The notes beneath the pieces are model-generated. The model ran no database searches. It was not told the DNA's origin and saw only the letters and a program-made list of their open reading frames with translations. The translations under genes were made by a program, and so were the position numbers. Shown here piece by piece: positions 18,406 through 27,831 of a stretch of DNA of 64,000 nucleotides. Each line of letters begins with the position of its first letter. The first letter of the stretch is position 1. Source of the stretch: Alphaproteobacteria bacterium (GTDB lineage: Bacteria > Pseudomonadota > Alphaproteobacteria > CACZRW01); contig JAFWAG010000032.1 of assembly GCA_017507765.1 (NCBI GenBank), forward strand, positions 20,919-84,918, given 5' to 3'.

Positions 18406-19146
18406 TTATTTCTTCTTTTCGGCTCTGATTTTCTTGGCAAGCTCGGGAAGTTCTTTTTCATCAAAAGCTCCGCCTTTCATTTCATCGCCGATAAAGAAAA
18501 CCGGAATGCCGGATACTTGCAGTTTTAAAGCCAATGCACGGTTGGCGTCCAAAATGTCTTGAATCTCTTTGGAAGCCATATCTTTTTGCAATTTAACCAT
18601 ATCAAGATTATGTTTTTTGGCGATTTCCAAAGCTTTCTTTTCGCCAATCTGACCTTTGTGTTCCATGAAGGCTTTATGAATCTCTTCATACTTGCCCTGC
18701 TTTTTTGCGGCAAGAGCGACTTTGGAGGCAGCCCCCGAACCTTCCATTAAAATCGGCATTTCTTTTAATACCCATTTCGTGTTGCCGTCTTTTTTCACAA
18801 AATCAATTACTTTCGGGAACATGACTTTGCAATAACCGCAGTTGTAATCAAAAAACTCTACGATAACAACGTCGCCCTTAGGATTGCCGATAATCGGGTC
18901 TTTAGGGTTGTCGGAAAGCTCTTTTTGGGAGGCTTTGATTTGCTTTTTAAGGGCAGCCTCTTGCTCTTTGAGCATTTTTTCCTGCAAAGCGTCTAAGGAC
19001 GAGGCAAGCTTTTCCGGATTATCTTTAATATAATCGGCAACTATCTTTTCGATAGCTTTCTTCTGTTCCGGCGTAAAGGTTTGAGCGTCGGCGGTTCCCA
19101 TGGCTGCCGAGATAAAAATTACTGCGGCAATAAATAAACGTATCAT
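18406..19146 (-). CDS. Periplasmic thiol:disulfide oxidoreductase, DsbA family
   Basis: 246 aa; signal peptide; thioredoxin CxxC motif in FFDYNCGYCKVMF; coiled N-terminal segment. Confidence 0.75.
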   Translation of the reverse strand: MIRLFIAAVIFISAAMGTADAQTFTPEQKKAIEKIVADYIKDNPEKLASSLDALQEKMLKEQEAALKKQIKASQKELSDNPKDPIIGNPKGDVVIVEFFDYNCGYCKVMFPKVIDFVKKDGNTKWVLKEMPILMEGSGAASKVALAAKKQGKYEEIHKAFMEHKGQIGEKKALEIAKKHNLDMVKLQKDMASKEIQDILDANRALALKLQVSGIPVFFIGDEMKGGAFDEKELPELAKKIRAEKKK

Positions 19147-19158
19147 GTTCTTTCCTTT

Positions 19159-20517
19159 CTAAAATTGAGGCTCTTTCGCTAAGGAACGCTCTGCCTCCTG
19201 TTTAATGTCTTCCAGCCGGATATACTTGGGACTGTCTTTGGGAATAAGCTTTTGGGCTTTTTCTATATGCTTTGCAGCTCCCTTATAATCTCCCATACTG
19301 AAAGTGTACTCGGCCATCGCATAGGCGGTTAAAGCTGTATCCTCTGTCTTTCCGGCGGCAACGGCAAGCAAACGCCATACCGACGGGTTATCTTTCTCGG
19401 TTATGAGAATCTTTTCAAGGTTTTTTATTCCTTCGGCAACTTCTTTTTTATCGTTGCTTTCAATTTGCACCGAAGCAAGGCTTAAACGGATAAGCGCCGC
19501 ATCGGGAGCAAGACGAACGGCTTCTTTATACGGAGACAATGCTTCATTTACTTTGCCGTTCTCATAAAGCATTTGACCTTTTAATTCATGAAAATAAGCA
19601 TCGTTCGGATTGTCTTTTAGCAGCTCGTCCATAATCTTTAATGCCTCGGAAAGCTCGTTTAAACGGAAATGCGCTATGGCTCTGGCATAACGGGAAGCCG
19701 TCCGCATATCGCTTTGCGGATACGCCTTTAAAACCAACCGAGGAGATGAAGACAGAAACGCTATCAGCTTGGCTCGAATGCGCTGATAGGAAAGCTCGGC
19801 TCTTTTATGCGCATCGTCGGTAAGGACGCTTTCTTTGCGAAGAGTGTTTTCCAAAAAGGATATGCGTTCTTCCGATAACGGGTGCGTCCGCAGGTACGAA
19901 TAATAATCCTGCGACATGGCGATTTTTTCCTGCTGTTGCAAAATGTACATAACATCGACAAAGCCTTTTACGCTGTATCCCATTTTGCTCAATATCTTGG
20001 TTGCTAGTTCATCGGCAGCATTTTCTTCGGAACGGCGATAGCTTAAATGCCCCTGCATCGCCGCATTAGAACCGCCCATCATAACCGCCATGCCGACATC
20101 AGGACGGCCGGTGGCTATTGCTGCAACTCCGCCTAAAACCGTCGAAATCAAAGAATTACGCTGGGCTATTTGCATATTGTCGTAAAGGCGGACTAAATGC
20201 CCGCCGGCTATATGTCCGGTTTCATGCGCCAAAACGCCAAGAGTCATGCCGACACGAGGAGAGTTCATTATAAGTCCGGTGTTAATAAATATATTAGAAC
20301 CCTTGGCAGCAAACGCATTTATGTTATTATCGGCAAGCAAATGAAGTTTGAGAGTATCCGGATTTAAGCCGGCAACTTCAAACATAGGAATAACATAAGA
20401 ACGGAGCGTATCTTCGGTTTCTTGGTCGCGGATAAGATTCATGTTTTGACTCTGAGCCGCAGCAAAACAAGAAAAACAGCTGAACGTCAGGACATAAAAT
20501 ATGAATCTTTTAAACAC
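19159..20517 (-). CDS. Periplasmic M48-family Zn metalloprotease with C-terminal TPR repeats (BepA/YfgC-like)
   Basis: 452 aa; signal peptide; HExxH in GVLAHETGHIAGGH; C-terminal TPR-like repeats. Confidence 0.75.
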   Translation of the reverse strand: MFKRFIFYVLTFSCFSCFAAAQSQNMNLIRDQETEDTLRSYVIPMFEVAGLNPDTLKLHLLADNNINAFAAKGSNIFINTGLIMNSPRVGMTLGVLAHETGHIAGGHLVRLYDNMQIAQRNSLISTVLGGVAAIATGRPDVGMAVMMGGSNAAMQGHLSYRRSEENAADELATKILSKMGYSVKGFVDVMYILQQQEKIAMSQDYYSYLRTHPLSEERISFLENTLRKESVLTDDAHKRAELSYQRIRAKLIAFLSSSPRLVLKAYPQSDMRTASRYARAIAHFRLNELSEALKIMDELLKDNPNDAYFHELKGQMLYENGKVNEALSPYKEAVRLAPDAALIRLSLASVQIESNDKKEVAEGIKNLEKILITEKDNPSVWRLLAVAAGKTEDTALTAYAMAEYTFSMGDYKGAAKHIEKAQKLIPKDSPKYIRLEDIKQEAERSLAKEPQF

Positions 20518-21820
20518 CCTCAGATTTTCTCCTTCTTTTACGATTTTTAAAACTAAACTTACAAAAGCGCCCCGTCAACGAGCCTTTTTGTCAACATTTG
20601 TATTTTTAATTTTGCCTGCCTGTTCCATTACAGACTTAAGCACCGGAATTATACCCGGGAAACAAGAGTTCAAAGGAATTGCCGTTGCCGATGACCCTCA
20701 TGCAACGTTAGCGGCCAAAGACGTATTACAAAGCGGGGGAAATGCTTTTGATGCCGCAACCGCAATGGCTTTTACCATGGCGGTAACTCTGCCTTCCCGT
20801 GCCGGTATCGGCAGCAGCGGCATATGTCAGGTTTATAATCCGGAGGCAAAAACAAGCTCTTTGTTAAACTTTGTGTATCAAGGGGAAAATACTTCTTATG
20901 CTTTGCCGGCTATGCCTAGGGCAATGATGGCTTTGCACGCAAAGGGCGGGAAATGGCATTGGGAAAGTGTTTTACTGCCGGCGGAAAAAATAGCTAAGCA
21001 AGGATTTGCGATTTCCCAAACTTTGGAAACCGACGGAAAACTATTCCCCGAAAAGTTTAAAGATAAAAACGGCAATCCTTTAAAAGCCGGTGATATGCTG
21101 ATACAGCAAGACTTAGCAAGCACGATTGCTTTATTGCGTTCCAAAGGTGTAGCGGGGCTTTACACTGCCGGAGGGGCAAAGCATTTTATGGATACGGCAG
21201 CGGCAAAAGACATAACTTTTACGGCGGAAGAACTGCGTGATTTTGTACCAAAATGGGAAACACCGAAAGAAATATCCTTCGGTAATGAAGCCGTATATTT
21301 ACTTACCGAAAGCCTGACAAATAAAGATGTAACCGCTTTGTGGAAAAAATATCAAAACAATGAAACAGTATCAAAAACCACGGAAAAGATGCCTGTCGGA
21401 GCGGGTTTTGCCGTGGCTGATGCCTATGGGAATGCCATAACCTGTAACTTTTCCATGGGGGATTTGTTCGGAACTCGGACAGAACTGTCCGGAACCGGAA
21501 TTATTCTTGCCAAGCCCTTAAAAATGCCGACAGATGATTTGGCAACGATTATGGTTGTAAACAACAATGTTAACGAGTTCCGTTATGCCGGATACGCAAG
21601 TTCTTTTGCCAGTACCGAAGATATGCTGCAAACGGCTTTGCAAGTTCTGCAAGGCAAAGAACCTTTGCAAATTAACTTTGAAACTGCCGAAAATATTCCG
21701 GCAAACTCCGGAGCAATTTCCTGCCCCAAAGGACTGCCGACAGAACCGGCAAGCTGTACTTTTGCCGTGGATAATCGAGCTTCCGGATATGGTTATCGAG
21801 TCGGGGAAATCAGTGATTAA
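20501..21820 (+). CDS. Gamma-glutamyltranspeptidase-family protein, short and probably non-catalytic (nucleophile Thr not conserved); start codon uncertain
   Basis: 439 aa; N-terminal region AVADDPHATLAAKDVLQSGGNAFDAATAMAFTMAVTLPSRAGIGSSG aligns with the GGT large subunit; at the position of the small-subunit TTHFSVVD nucleophile motif the sequence reads GAGFAVADAYGNAITCNF; possible lipobox LILPAC; the annotated start overlaps the divergent upstream gene. Confidence 0.5.
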   Translation: MNLLNTLRFSPSFTIFKTKLTKAPRQRAFLSTFVFLILPACSITDLSTGIIPGKQEFKGIAVADDPHATLAAKDVLQSGGNAFDAATAMAFTMAVTLPSRAGIGSSGICQVYNPEAKTSSLLNFVYQGENTSYALPAMPRAMMALHAKGGKWHWESVLLPAEKIAKQGFAISQTLETDGKLFPEKFKDKNGNPLKAGDMLIQQDLASTIALLRSKGVAGLYTAGGAKHFMDTAAAKDITFTAEELRDFVPKWETPKEISFGNEAVYLLTESLTNKDVTALWKKYQNNETVSKTTEKMPVGAGFAVADAYGNAITCNFSMGDLFGTRTELSGTGIILAKPLKMPTDDLATIMVVNNNVNEFRYAGYASSFASTEDMLQTALQVLQGKEPLQINFETAENIPANSGAISCPKGLPTEPASCTFAVDNRASGYGYRVGEISD

Positions 21821-21860
21821 CTTTTAGCCTAAAAGCCAAACTTGATTAAAGGGCAATAAA

Positions 21861-21889
21861 AAGGGGAAAGTTTACGCTTTCCCCTTTTT
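21861..21889. terminator. Rho-independent terminator shared by convergent GGT-like (+) and rne (-) genes
   Basis: GGGGAAAG-tttacg-CTTTCCCC followed by TTTTT; the A-run upstream serves the opposite strand. Confidence 0.6.
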
Positions 21890-21897
21890 CTATCGGC

Positions 21898-24408
21898 TTA
21901 ATTATTTAAAAGTTTCTGCCACCAACCACCGCGCTTTTTTGTAGGCTTTCCTTCGGTGTCGGTATGTGCCGGAGCTTCTTCCTTTGCCTTCGGTGTCGGT
22001 GCGGCAGGAGCTGTTTTTGGCGCATGGCTGTCAAACAAAATAACCGCTGCCGGAGCTTTGGTGCTTACCGCCTTAGAAGCTTCGGGCTTTTTCGGAGCCG
22101 GAGTTTCCACTGCTTCTGATGATACCGGAGCAGTTTTGGGCGGACGGCCTCGACGTTTTGCTTTCGGCGTTTCGTCATCGGCAGAAACCGGAGATACTTC
22201 CGGAACAGTTTCAGCGGCAACCGGTAAATCTTTTTCCGGTGCGGCTTCATTATTGCGTCCATGACGACGACGGCGGTCAAAACGTCCTTTCCGAGGCTTT
22301 TCTTCCGCACCCGTATCGGCAGGAACGGTATTTTCTGCCTCTGCTTCCGGCGAAAGGTTGGTTTCTGCGGGTTCGGCATTTTGCGCTTCTTCATTACGCT
22401 CATAATGCTCTTTGTCACGATTGAATCTACGGCCACGACGGCGGCCATACAGTCCTCGACGGCCACGGCGACGTTCCGGCATTGCTTCCGGTGCGTCAAT
22501 AACTTCTGCTTCGCCACGGATTTCCGCAGTTTCAGTTTCTTCAACTTCAGCCGGTTCTGGTTCGGCTTCTTCCATTACCGGAAGATGCTTTTCCGGTGCC
22601 GGAGTGCGAACGGCTTTTTTAACCCGCTCTATCCGGTAATCAGTCGGCGCAAGGAAGCTGTCATCGCCGTTAATGACAATCTTTACATCATAGCTTTTTT
22701 CAATGTCCGCCAATAAATCACGTTTGTGATTTAAAACGTATAAAGCAACGTTTGACGGAACGGTCAGAGTGATAACACTGGAACGCTGACGAACGCCCTC
22801 TTCCTCGATTACACGAAGCAAATGAACTGCTATTGATTCCGTGGAGCGAAGAACGCCTTTGCCTTGGCAATACGGGCAAATGTGATAGCTGGTTTCAATA
22901 AAACTGGAATGAAGCCGCTGACGAGATACCTCCATTAAACCAAAACCGCTGATTCTTGCCATTTGCACCCTAGCACGGTCACGGCGAAGAGCTTCTTTCA
23001 TACGGCGTTCAACCGCATAATTGTTTTTCGGCTCTTCCATATCAATAAGGTCAACAACAACCAAGCCGGCTAAATCCCTTAACCGGAGCTGTCGGGCTAC
23101 TTCATCGACTGCTTCCAGATTGGTTTTAAGAGCAGTATCTTCGATATTTCTTTCCTTGGTCGCTTTACCGGAGTTTACGTCAATCGCAACCAATGCTTCG
23201 GTCGGATTGATAACCAAATAACCGCCGGATTTAAGCTGAACTATCGGATTGTGCAAAGCTTCAAGCTGCGGTTCCACCTGATAACGGTGGAATAAAGGTA
23301 TGTTTTCCTGATAGTTGATAACCTTTTTCGCATGGCTTGGTATCAACATTTTCATAAAATCCCGAGCCGCTTTGTATTCGCCTTCACCTTCAATCAAAAC
23401 TTCGGTTATGTCCGGAGTGTAAAGGTCACGAAGGCTGCGCTTTATAAGGTTGCCTTCTTCGTGAATCAAACAGGGAGCAACGGATTGCATCGTCATATCC
23501 CTTATCTGCACCCAAGTCTTTATCAAGTAATCATAATCACGTTTGATTTCCGCTTTGGTACGCTCACGGCCTGCCGTTCTGACAATCACCGACATTCCGG
23601 TCGGAACGGGAAGAGCGGTAACAATCTCTTTTAAACGATGACGGTCGGCAATGTTCGTAATCTTACGAGATACACCGCCGCCTCGAGCATTGTTCGGCAT
23701 TAAAACACAATATCTGCCCGCCAAAGACAAATAGGTGGTAATGGCTGCGCCTTTGTTGCCCCGTTCTTCTTTGGTAACCTGTACCAACAAAATCTGATTG
23801 CGATGAATAACTTCTTGAATCTTATATTTGCGGATTAAATCAAAATAACCGCTTTTGCGGCTTTCTTCTTCCGGTTCGGTCTTTTCTTCTTCCGCGGCAG
23901 CTTCGATTTCCGGAGTTTCCTGCGCATTTTCCGCCATGATTTCCGCTGGAGATTCACTCGCTTGGGCAACCGTTTCTTCCGTTGCTTCGGTTGCAGTTTC
24001 TTCATTTTCCGCATCGGGGGCAGAAGAAGTGTGATGCTCTTCTATCTCCGGCGCCGGAAGTTCCGCCGACTTCATTTCTTTTTCGACAAACTCATCTTCA
24101 TCACGGGCAGAAGCCTTTTGATTTTCCGCCAAAGCTTCTTTTAAAGCTTCACGGTCCGCTATCGGAATCTGATAATAATCAGGGTGAATCTCGCTAAACG
24201 GAAGGAAGCCATGGCGCTCGTTGCCGTAATCGACAAACGCTGCCTGCAATGATGGCTCTACTCTGATAACTTTTGCGAGATAAATATTTCCTTTTAACTG
24301 TTTCTTGGTCGAAGTCTCTACGTCGAATTCCTCAATCCGAGTTCCGTCAACGACAACAACACGCATCTCTTCCTGATGCGTGGCGTCGATAAGCATTTTC
24401 TTAGCCAT
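21898..24408 (-). CDS. rne: Ribonuclease E (S1 + catalytic core; Arg-rich and acidic disordered C-terminal scaffold)
   Basis: 836 aa; begins MAKKMLIDATHQEEMRVVVVDGTRIEEFDVE...GNIYLAKVIRVEPSLQAAFVDYG (S1 domain); conserved core; C-terminal RRGRRGLYGRRRGRRF and RGRPPK motifs. Confidence 0.85.
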   Translation of the reverse strand: MAKKMLIDATHQEEMRVVVVDGTRIEEFDVETSTKKQLKGNIYLAKVIRVEPSLQAAFVDYGNERHGFLPFSEIHPDYYQIPIADREALKEALAENQKASARDEDEFVEKEMKSAELPAPEIEEHHTSSAPDAENEETATEATEETVAQASESPAEIMAENAQETPEIEAAAEEEKTEPEEESRKSGYFDLIRKYKIQEVIHRNQILLVQVTKEERGNKGAAITTYLSLAGRYCVLMPNNARGGGVSRKITNIADRHRLKEIVTALPVPTGMSVIVRTAGRERTKAEIKRDYDYLIKTWVQIRDMTMQSVAPCLIHEEGNLIKRSLRDLYTPDITEVLIEGEGEYKAARDFMKMLIPSHAKKVINYQENIPLFHRYQVEPQLEALHNPIVQLKSGGYLVINPTEALVAIDVNSGKATKERNIEDTALKTNLEAVDEVARQLRLRDLAGLVVVDLIDMEEPKNNYAVERRMKEALRRDRARVQMARISGFGLMEVSRQRLHSSFIETSYHICPYCQGKGVLRSTESIAVHLLRVIEEEGVRQRSSVITLTVPSNVALYVLNHKRDLLADIEKSYDVKIVINGDDSFLAPTDYRIERVKKAVRTPAPEKHLPVMEEAEPEPAEVEETETAEIRGEAEVIDAPEAMPERRRGRRGLYGRRRGRRFNRDKEHYERNEEAQNAEPAETNLSPEAEAENTVPADTGAEEKPRKGRFDRRRRHGRNNEAAPEKDLPVAAETVPEVSPVSADDETPKAKRRGRPPKTAPVSSEAVETPAPKKPEASKAVSTKAPAAVILFDSHAPKTAPAAPTPKAKEEAPAHTDTEGKPTKKRGGWWQKLLNN

Positions 24409-24755
24409 AAATAAGATTTCTCCATATTCGGGCGCAAGCCGATTAAACGTTGCGCCGTATTATTATAAAAACAGATAAAGCCGAGGGTTAACAGTCCCCA
24501 GAGTCGTGTGGTTATCGTATTTTTCTTGACGACTTTTAACATAAATCTCTTCCCAACACCGGTATCTTCATAATCGTTGAAGACCTGCTTTATCACAAAA
24601 ACTTTTTCCGCTCAAAGGCGTGCTTTTATTTGCTATATACTAACCAAACGAATCAAGCTACACTCCTTTGATGCGATAAAGATAACCGCCTATTAACTAA
24701 ATAACAACGATATTCGTGAAAAATATTTTAATTAGCAGTTTTTTTTGAGTATCCA
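24409..24755. promoter_or_regulatory. About 350-bp divergent intergenic region: likely long structured rne 5' UTR/promoter plus amiC promoter
   Basis: Unusually long non-coding gap upstream of rne (rne genes characteristically carry long autoregulatory 5' UTRs); the only ORF here (24318-24596, minus) is low-complexity and overlaps. Confidence 0.3.
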
Positions 24756-25910
24756 ATGATTAAAGTTTTACGATTTTTCGCCATCTTTTTGCTGTTTGCG
24801 GCATCTGCTCCTGCTGTTTCCCAAGCCGGAGAGTCAAGCATTCAGAATATAAGAGTGGCGAATCATGCCGATAACGTTATGCGCTTGGTTATCGATTTAT
24901 CCGAAAAAAGCGGATATAAAGTTTTTACCTTAAAAAATCCCGAACGCTTGGTCATTGATATTGAAAATACGGATTTTGCCGAAGACCTTAATCCTCAGCT
25001 AGCGAATATAAATTATTTGAATAAACTCCGATTTGGAAAAATGGAAAACGGAGTCGGGCGCATAGTCGCCGAAGTAGACTTCCCGCCAGAAGTAAAAAAA
25101 GATTTTATTTTGCCGCCCCAAAGCGGTTTTGCATGGCGTTTGGTTGTCGATGTGGAAACCACCAAAAGCGATTACGCCGAAGTTGAAAAGAAGAAAGAAG
25201 TTGCCGCAAAGCCTGTTCGTAAACCTTTGCTGATGATTGATGCAGGACACGGCGGAAAAGATTGCGGCGCTATCAGTATAAGCGGCTCGTACGAAAAACA
25301 CTTAACTTTGAAAATGGCAAAAGAATTACGGGATAAGCTGTTAAAAACCGGACGATATAATGTAATGATGACCCGCAGTGATGACAGAGCATTGGCCTTA
25401 CGTCAACGGGTGCAAATGGCAAGAAATGCTAAAGCTGACGTATTTATATCTATTCATGCGGACAGTGCGCATAATTCTGCGGCAAAGGGGCTTTCCGTTT
25501 ATACCTTATCCGAAAGAGCTTCCGACAGTGAAGCGGCGGCTTTGGCGGAACGAGAAAACAAAGCCGATGCGGTAATAGGTATGGATTTCAGCGATAAACC
25601 CCAAGACGTTGCAACCATTTTAATTGATTTGGTACGCCGTGATACGATGAATAACTCTTCTATTCTGGCGGATTATATGGTCGTAGAAATGAAAAAGAAT
25701 GTAACCGTTCTGCCAAACACGCATCGCTTTGCCGGATTTGCGGTTTTAAAAGCTCCGGATATACCTTCGGTGTTGGTAGAAATCGGTTACTTATCAAACC
25801 GCAAAGAAGAGCTTATGCTCCGGCGACCGGAATACAGAGAAAAACTCGCTTCTTCCATGGTGAAAGCTTTGGATAAGCTGTTTAAAAACCACAATATTAT
25901 GGATAAATAA
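24756..25910 (+). CDS. amiC: N-acetylmuramoyl-L-alanine amidase with N-terminal AMIN domain (AmiC-like)
   Basis: 384 aa; signal peptide; AMIN-like beta domain; amidase_3 motifs MIDAGHGGKDCGAI, ISIHADS, VLVEIGYLSN. Confidence 0.85.
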   Translation: MIKVLRFFAIFLLFAASAPAVSQAGESSIQNIRVANHADNVMRLVIDLSEKSGYKVFTLKNPERLVIDIENTDFAEDLNPQLANINYLNKLRFGKMENGVGRIVAEVDFPPEVKKDFILPPQSGFAWRLVVDVETTKSDYAEVEKKKEVAAKPVRKPLLMIDAGHGGKDCGAISISGSYEKHLTLKMAKELRDKLLKTGRYNVMMTRSDDRALALRQRVQMARNAKADVFISIHADSAHNSAAKGLSVYTLSERASDSEAAALAERENKADAVIGMDFSDKPQDVATILIDLVRRDTMNNSSILADYMVVEMKKNVTVLPNTHRFAGFAVLKAPDIPSVLVEIGYLSNRKEELMLRRPEYREKLASSMVKALDKLFKNHNIMDK

Positions 25911-25915
25911 ACTAA

Positions 25916-27799
25916 CTACCTTACCGGCGGAACGTTAAACTGGGCGATATAGCCAGGCTTTATCGTTGTATAGCCATAACGCATATTGCCGGTTTCTATC
26001 AGATATCTTTGAACGCCGGTCATCTGGGCAACCAACGGATAGAAATCTTTTGCCTGAACATCACGGCGCTGATAGTTCATTAAATACAATACGCAACCTT
26101 GACTCTTTTCGGCAATACCGCAACGCTGACGACCACGAGGCACTTCCGGATTGGAAACTACACCACTTAAACCGGAAGGCTTGTTGGAACAAGAATCACC
26201 GCCGCCCATAAAGGTGCCTAAAATAATTCCAAACAGTAAAATACCGCCGAAAATAAAGCTTATGTACTTAGTCGTAAGTACCTTGGGCGGAAGATTAAAG
26301 CGAACGGCAAAATTATCATCATATAAACCGGAAGACGCTGTTTCTTGGGCTTCTTGGTTCGCCAGTTCTTCCGCTGTACGAGCGAAATTATGGCTTGGCT
26401 TTTCTTCCTTATGGTCAGGAAGTTCTTTGGCAATTCCCATAGGCTTATCCGATGCCGGAACATGAGGTGCCGGAATAGGAGAAGCAGAAGAAACAGGAGG
26501 AGTTTTTGGTTCTTCTTTGTTATCTGTACGAACTTCTTGGAACATATGCATTGATTTCTGTACCGGAGGTACACCATGACCGCCACCAAGTACCGGAGGA
26601 GGCGCAACACGTTGCCCCAAAGAAACCGGAGGCGGAACTTTCGGCATGGCAGGCTCTGACGGTGCAGATGCAGGAACCGGCGCCGGAGATACAGGAGCCG
26701 GAGTAGCCGGAATAGTCTCAACCGGAGTAGCCGGCGCAGGGGGAACAGGTGCCGGAGTAGCCGGAATAGGCTCAACCGGAGTAGCCGGCGCAGGGGGAAC
26801 AGGCGCCGAAGGAACAGCTTCTGCCTCCATGGCTACGGGGTCAGATGCCGGAGCGGCGGGCATTTCCGGAACAACAGGTTCGGATATTTCTGAAGCGGCA
26901 GGCTCGAGAACTTCTGTAACAGGATTTTCCGGTGCAGCGTCTTCCTGCTTTTGATAGCTTTCCGGCACCGAAATGTCTTCGGCAAAATCATGAATATCCT
27001 TCACGTCTTGCATAGGTGTTGTAAGAGACGGTGTTACTTCGGTGATATTAAATGCCGGCATAGAACTTGGTGCTTGTTCGGGAACCGGTTCAGGTTCAGG
27101 CTCAGGTTCCGGCGTTATTTCTACTTCCGGAGCGGGAGCGGAGTCTTCCTCCAATGCCGGAGCTTCGGCAGGGAGTTCTTCAACCGGTTCAGGCTGAGGC
27201 AAAGCGTCTTCATCTTCATCATCAAAGATTGACGGTGCAGGTTCTGGCGCAGGAAACTCGTTAACTTCCGCCTCAACAGAAACTTCTGCTTCGCTTTCCG
27301 TTTCCGGAGCGGGAACGGAGTCTTCCTCTAATGCCGGAGCTTCGGCAGGAAGTTCTTCAAGCGGCTCTGGCTGAGGCAACGAATCTTCGTCATCAAAGAT
27401 TGACGGTGCAGGTTCAGGTGCAGGAAACTCGTTAACTTCGGATTCCACAGGAGCTTCCGGCTCTGCTTCCGGTTCGGCTGTCGGTTCAGCGGGAGCTTCT
27501 TCCACAGGTTCGGCAATGTCTTCTATGTTTTCTGCGACAGGGGCTGCTTCAATCTCCGCTTCCGGAGTAGAAGCAGACGGTGCGTCCATAACCGGATTTT
27601 CCGGCGCAGGAACAGCTTCCTCTGAGGCAACAGGAGGTATTGTATTCATATCAACGGTCGGTTCTTCAGATGCTTGAGCAACTGCCGATACCGGAGCGGA
27701 AGAAACTGCCGCAGGAGCTTTTACCGCTATGGGGCGCTTGATTACCTTAACCACTTTTTTGATTACATGGGGTCTACGTTTCAAATCCCGCTCGTCCAT
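25916..27799 (-). CDS. Pro/Glu/Ala-rich repetitive protein with a single TM helix near the C-terminus and a small Cys-containing C-terminal domain
   Basis: 627 aa; basic N-terminus; long EP/AP-rich acidic region with internal repeats; TM YISFIFGGILLFGIILGTFMGG at about aa 525-547; about 90-aa C-terminal domain (GRQRCGIAEKSQGCVLYLMNYQRRD...). Confidence 0.5.
   Translation of the reverse strand: MDERDLKRRPHVIKKVVKVIKRPIAVKAPAAVSSAPVSAVAQASEEPTVDMNTIPPVASEEAVPAPENPVMDAPSASTPEAEIEAAPVAENIEDIAEPVEEAPAEPTAEPEAEPEAPVESEVNEFPAPEPAPSIFDDEDSLPQPEPLEELPAEAPALEEDSVPAPETESEAEVSVEAEVNEFPAPEPAPSIFDDEDEDALPQPEPVEELPAEAPALEEDSAPAPEVEITPEPEPEPEPVPEQAPSSMPAFNITEVTPSLTTPMQDVKDIHDFAEDISVPESYQKQEDAAPENPVTEVLEPAASEISEPVVPEMPAAPASDPVAMEAEAVPSAPVPPAPATPVEPIPATPAPVPPAPATPVETIPATPAPVSPAPVPASAPSEPAMPKVPPPVSLGQRVAPPPVLGGGHGVPPVQKSMHMFQEVRTDNKEEPKTPPVSSASPIPAPHVPASDKPMGIAKELPDHKEEKPSHNFARTAEELANQEAQETASSGLYDDNFAVRFNLPPKVLTTKYISFIFGGILLFGIILGTFMGGGDSCSNKPSGLSGVVSNPEVPRGRQRCGIAEKSQGCVLYLMNYQRRDVQAKDFYPLVAQMTGVQRYLIETGNMRYGYTTIKPGYIAQFNVPPVR
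26697..26810. repeat. 57-bp perfect-ish tandem repeat x2 (encodes PAPATPVExIPATPAPVxP)
   Basis: agccggagtagccggaatag(t/g)ctcaaccggagtagccggcgcagggggaacagg(t/c)gcc is repeated back-to-back. Confidence 0.6.
27125..27440. repeat. Two about 140-bp direct repeats (178-bp period) encoding VNEFPAPEPAPSIFDDED..LPQPEP.EELPAEAPALEEDS.PAPE
   Basis: Copies at 27125-27268 and 27303-27440 are about 90% identical. Confidence 0.6.
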
Positions 27800-27831
27800 T
27801 TCTTTCCTCGATATATTCCTGTTGGTTTATA

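Noticed and set aside
22065-22544. 159-aa Lys/Arg-rich minus-strand ORF (and several plus-strand Arg-rich ORFs at 22119-22716) within rne
   Set aside because: These are alternative frames of the Arg/Glu-rich RNase E C-terminal scaffold. The rne frame is continuous and has the conserved catalytic N-terminus.
24318-24596. 92-aa minus-strand ORF in the rne/amiC intergenic region
   Set aside because: It overlaps the rne start and has non-coding-like composition. The region is more plausibly the rne leader.
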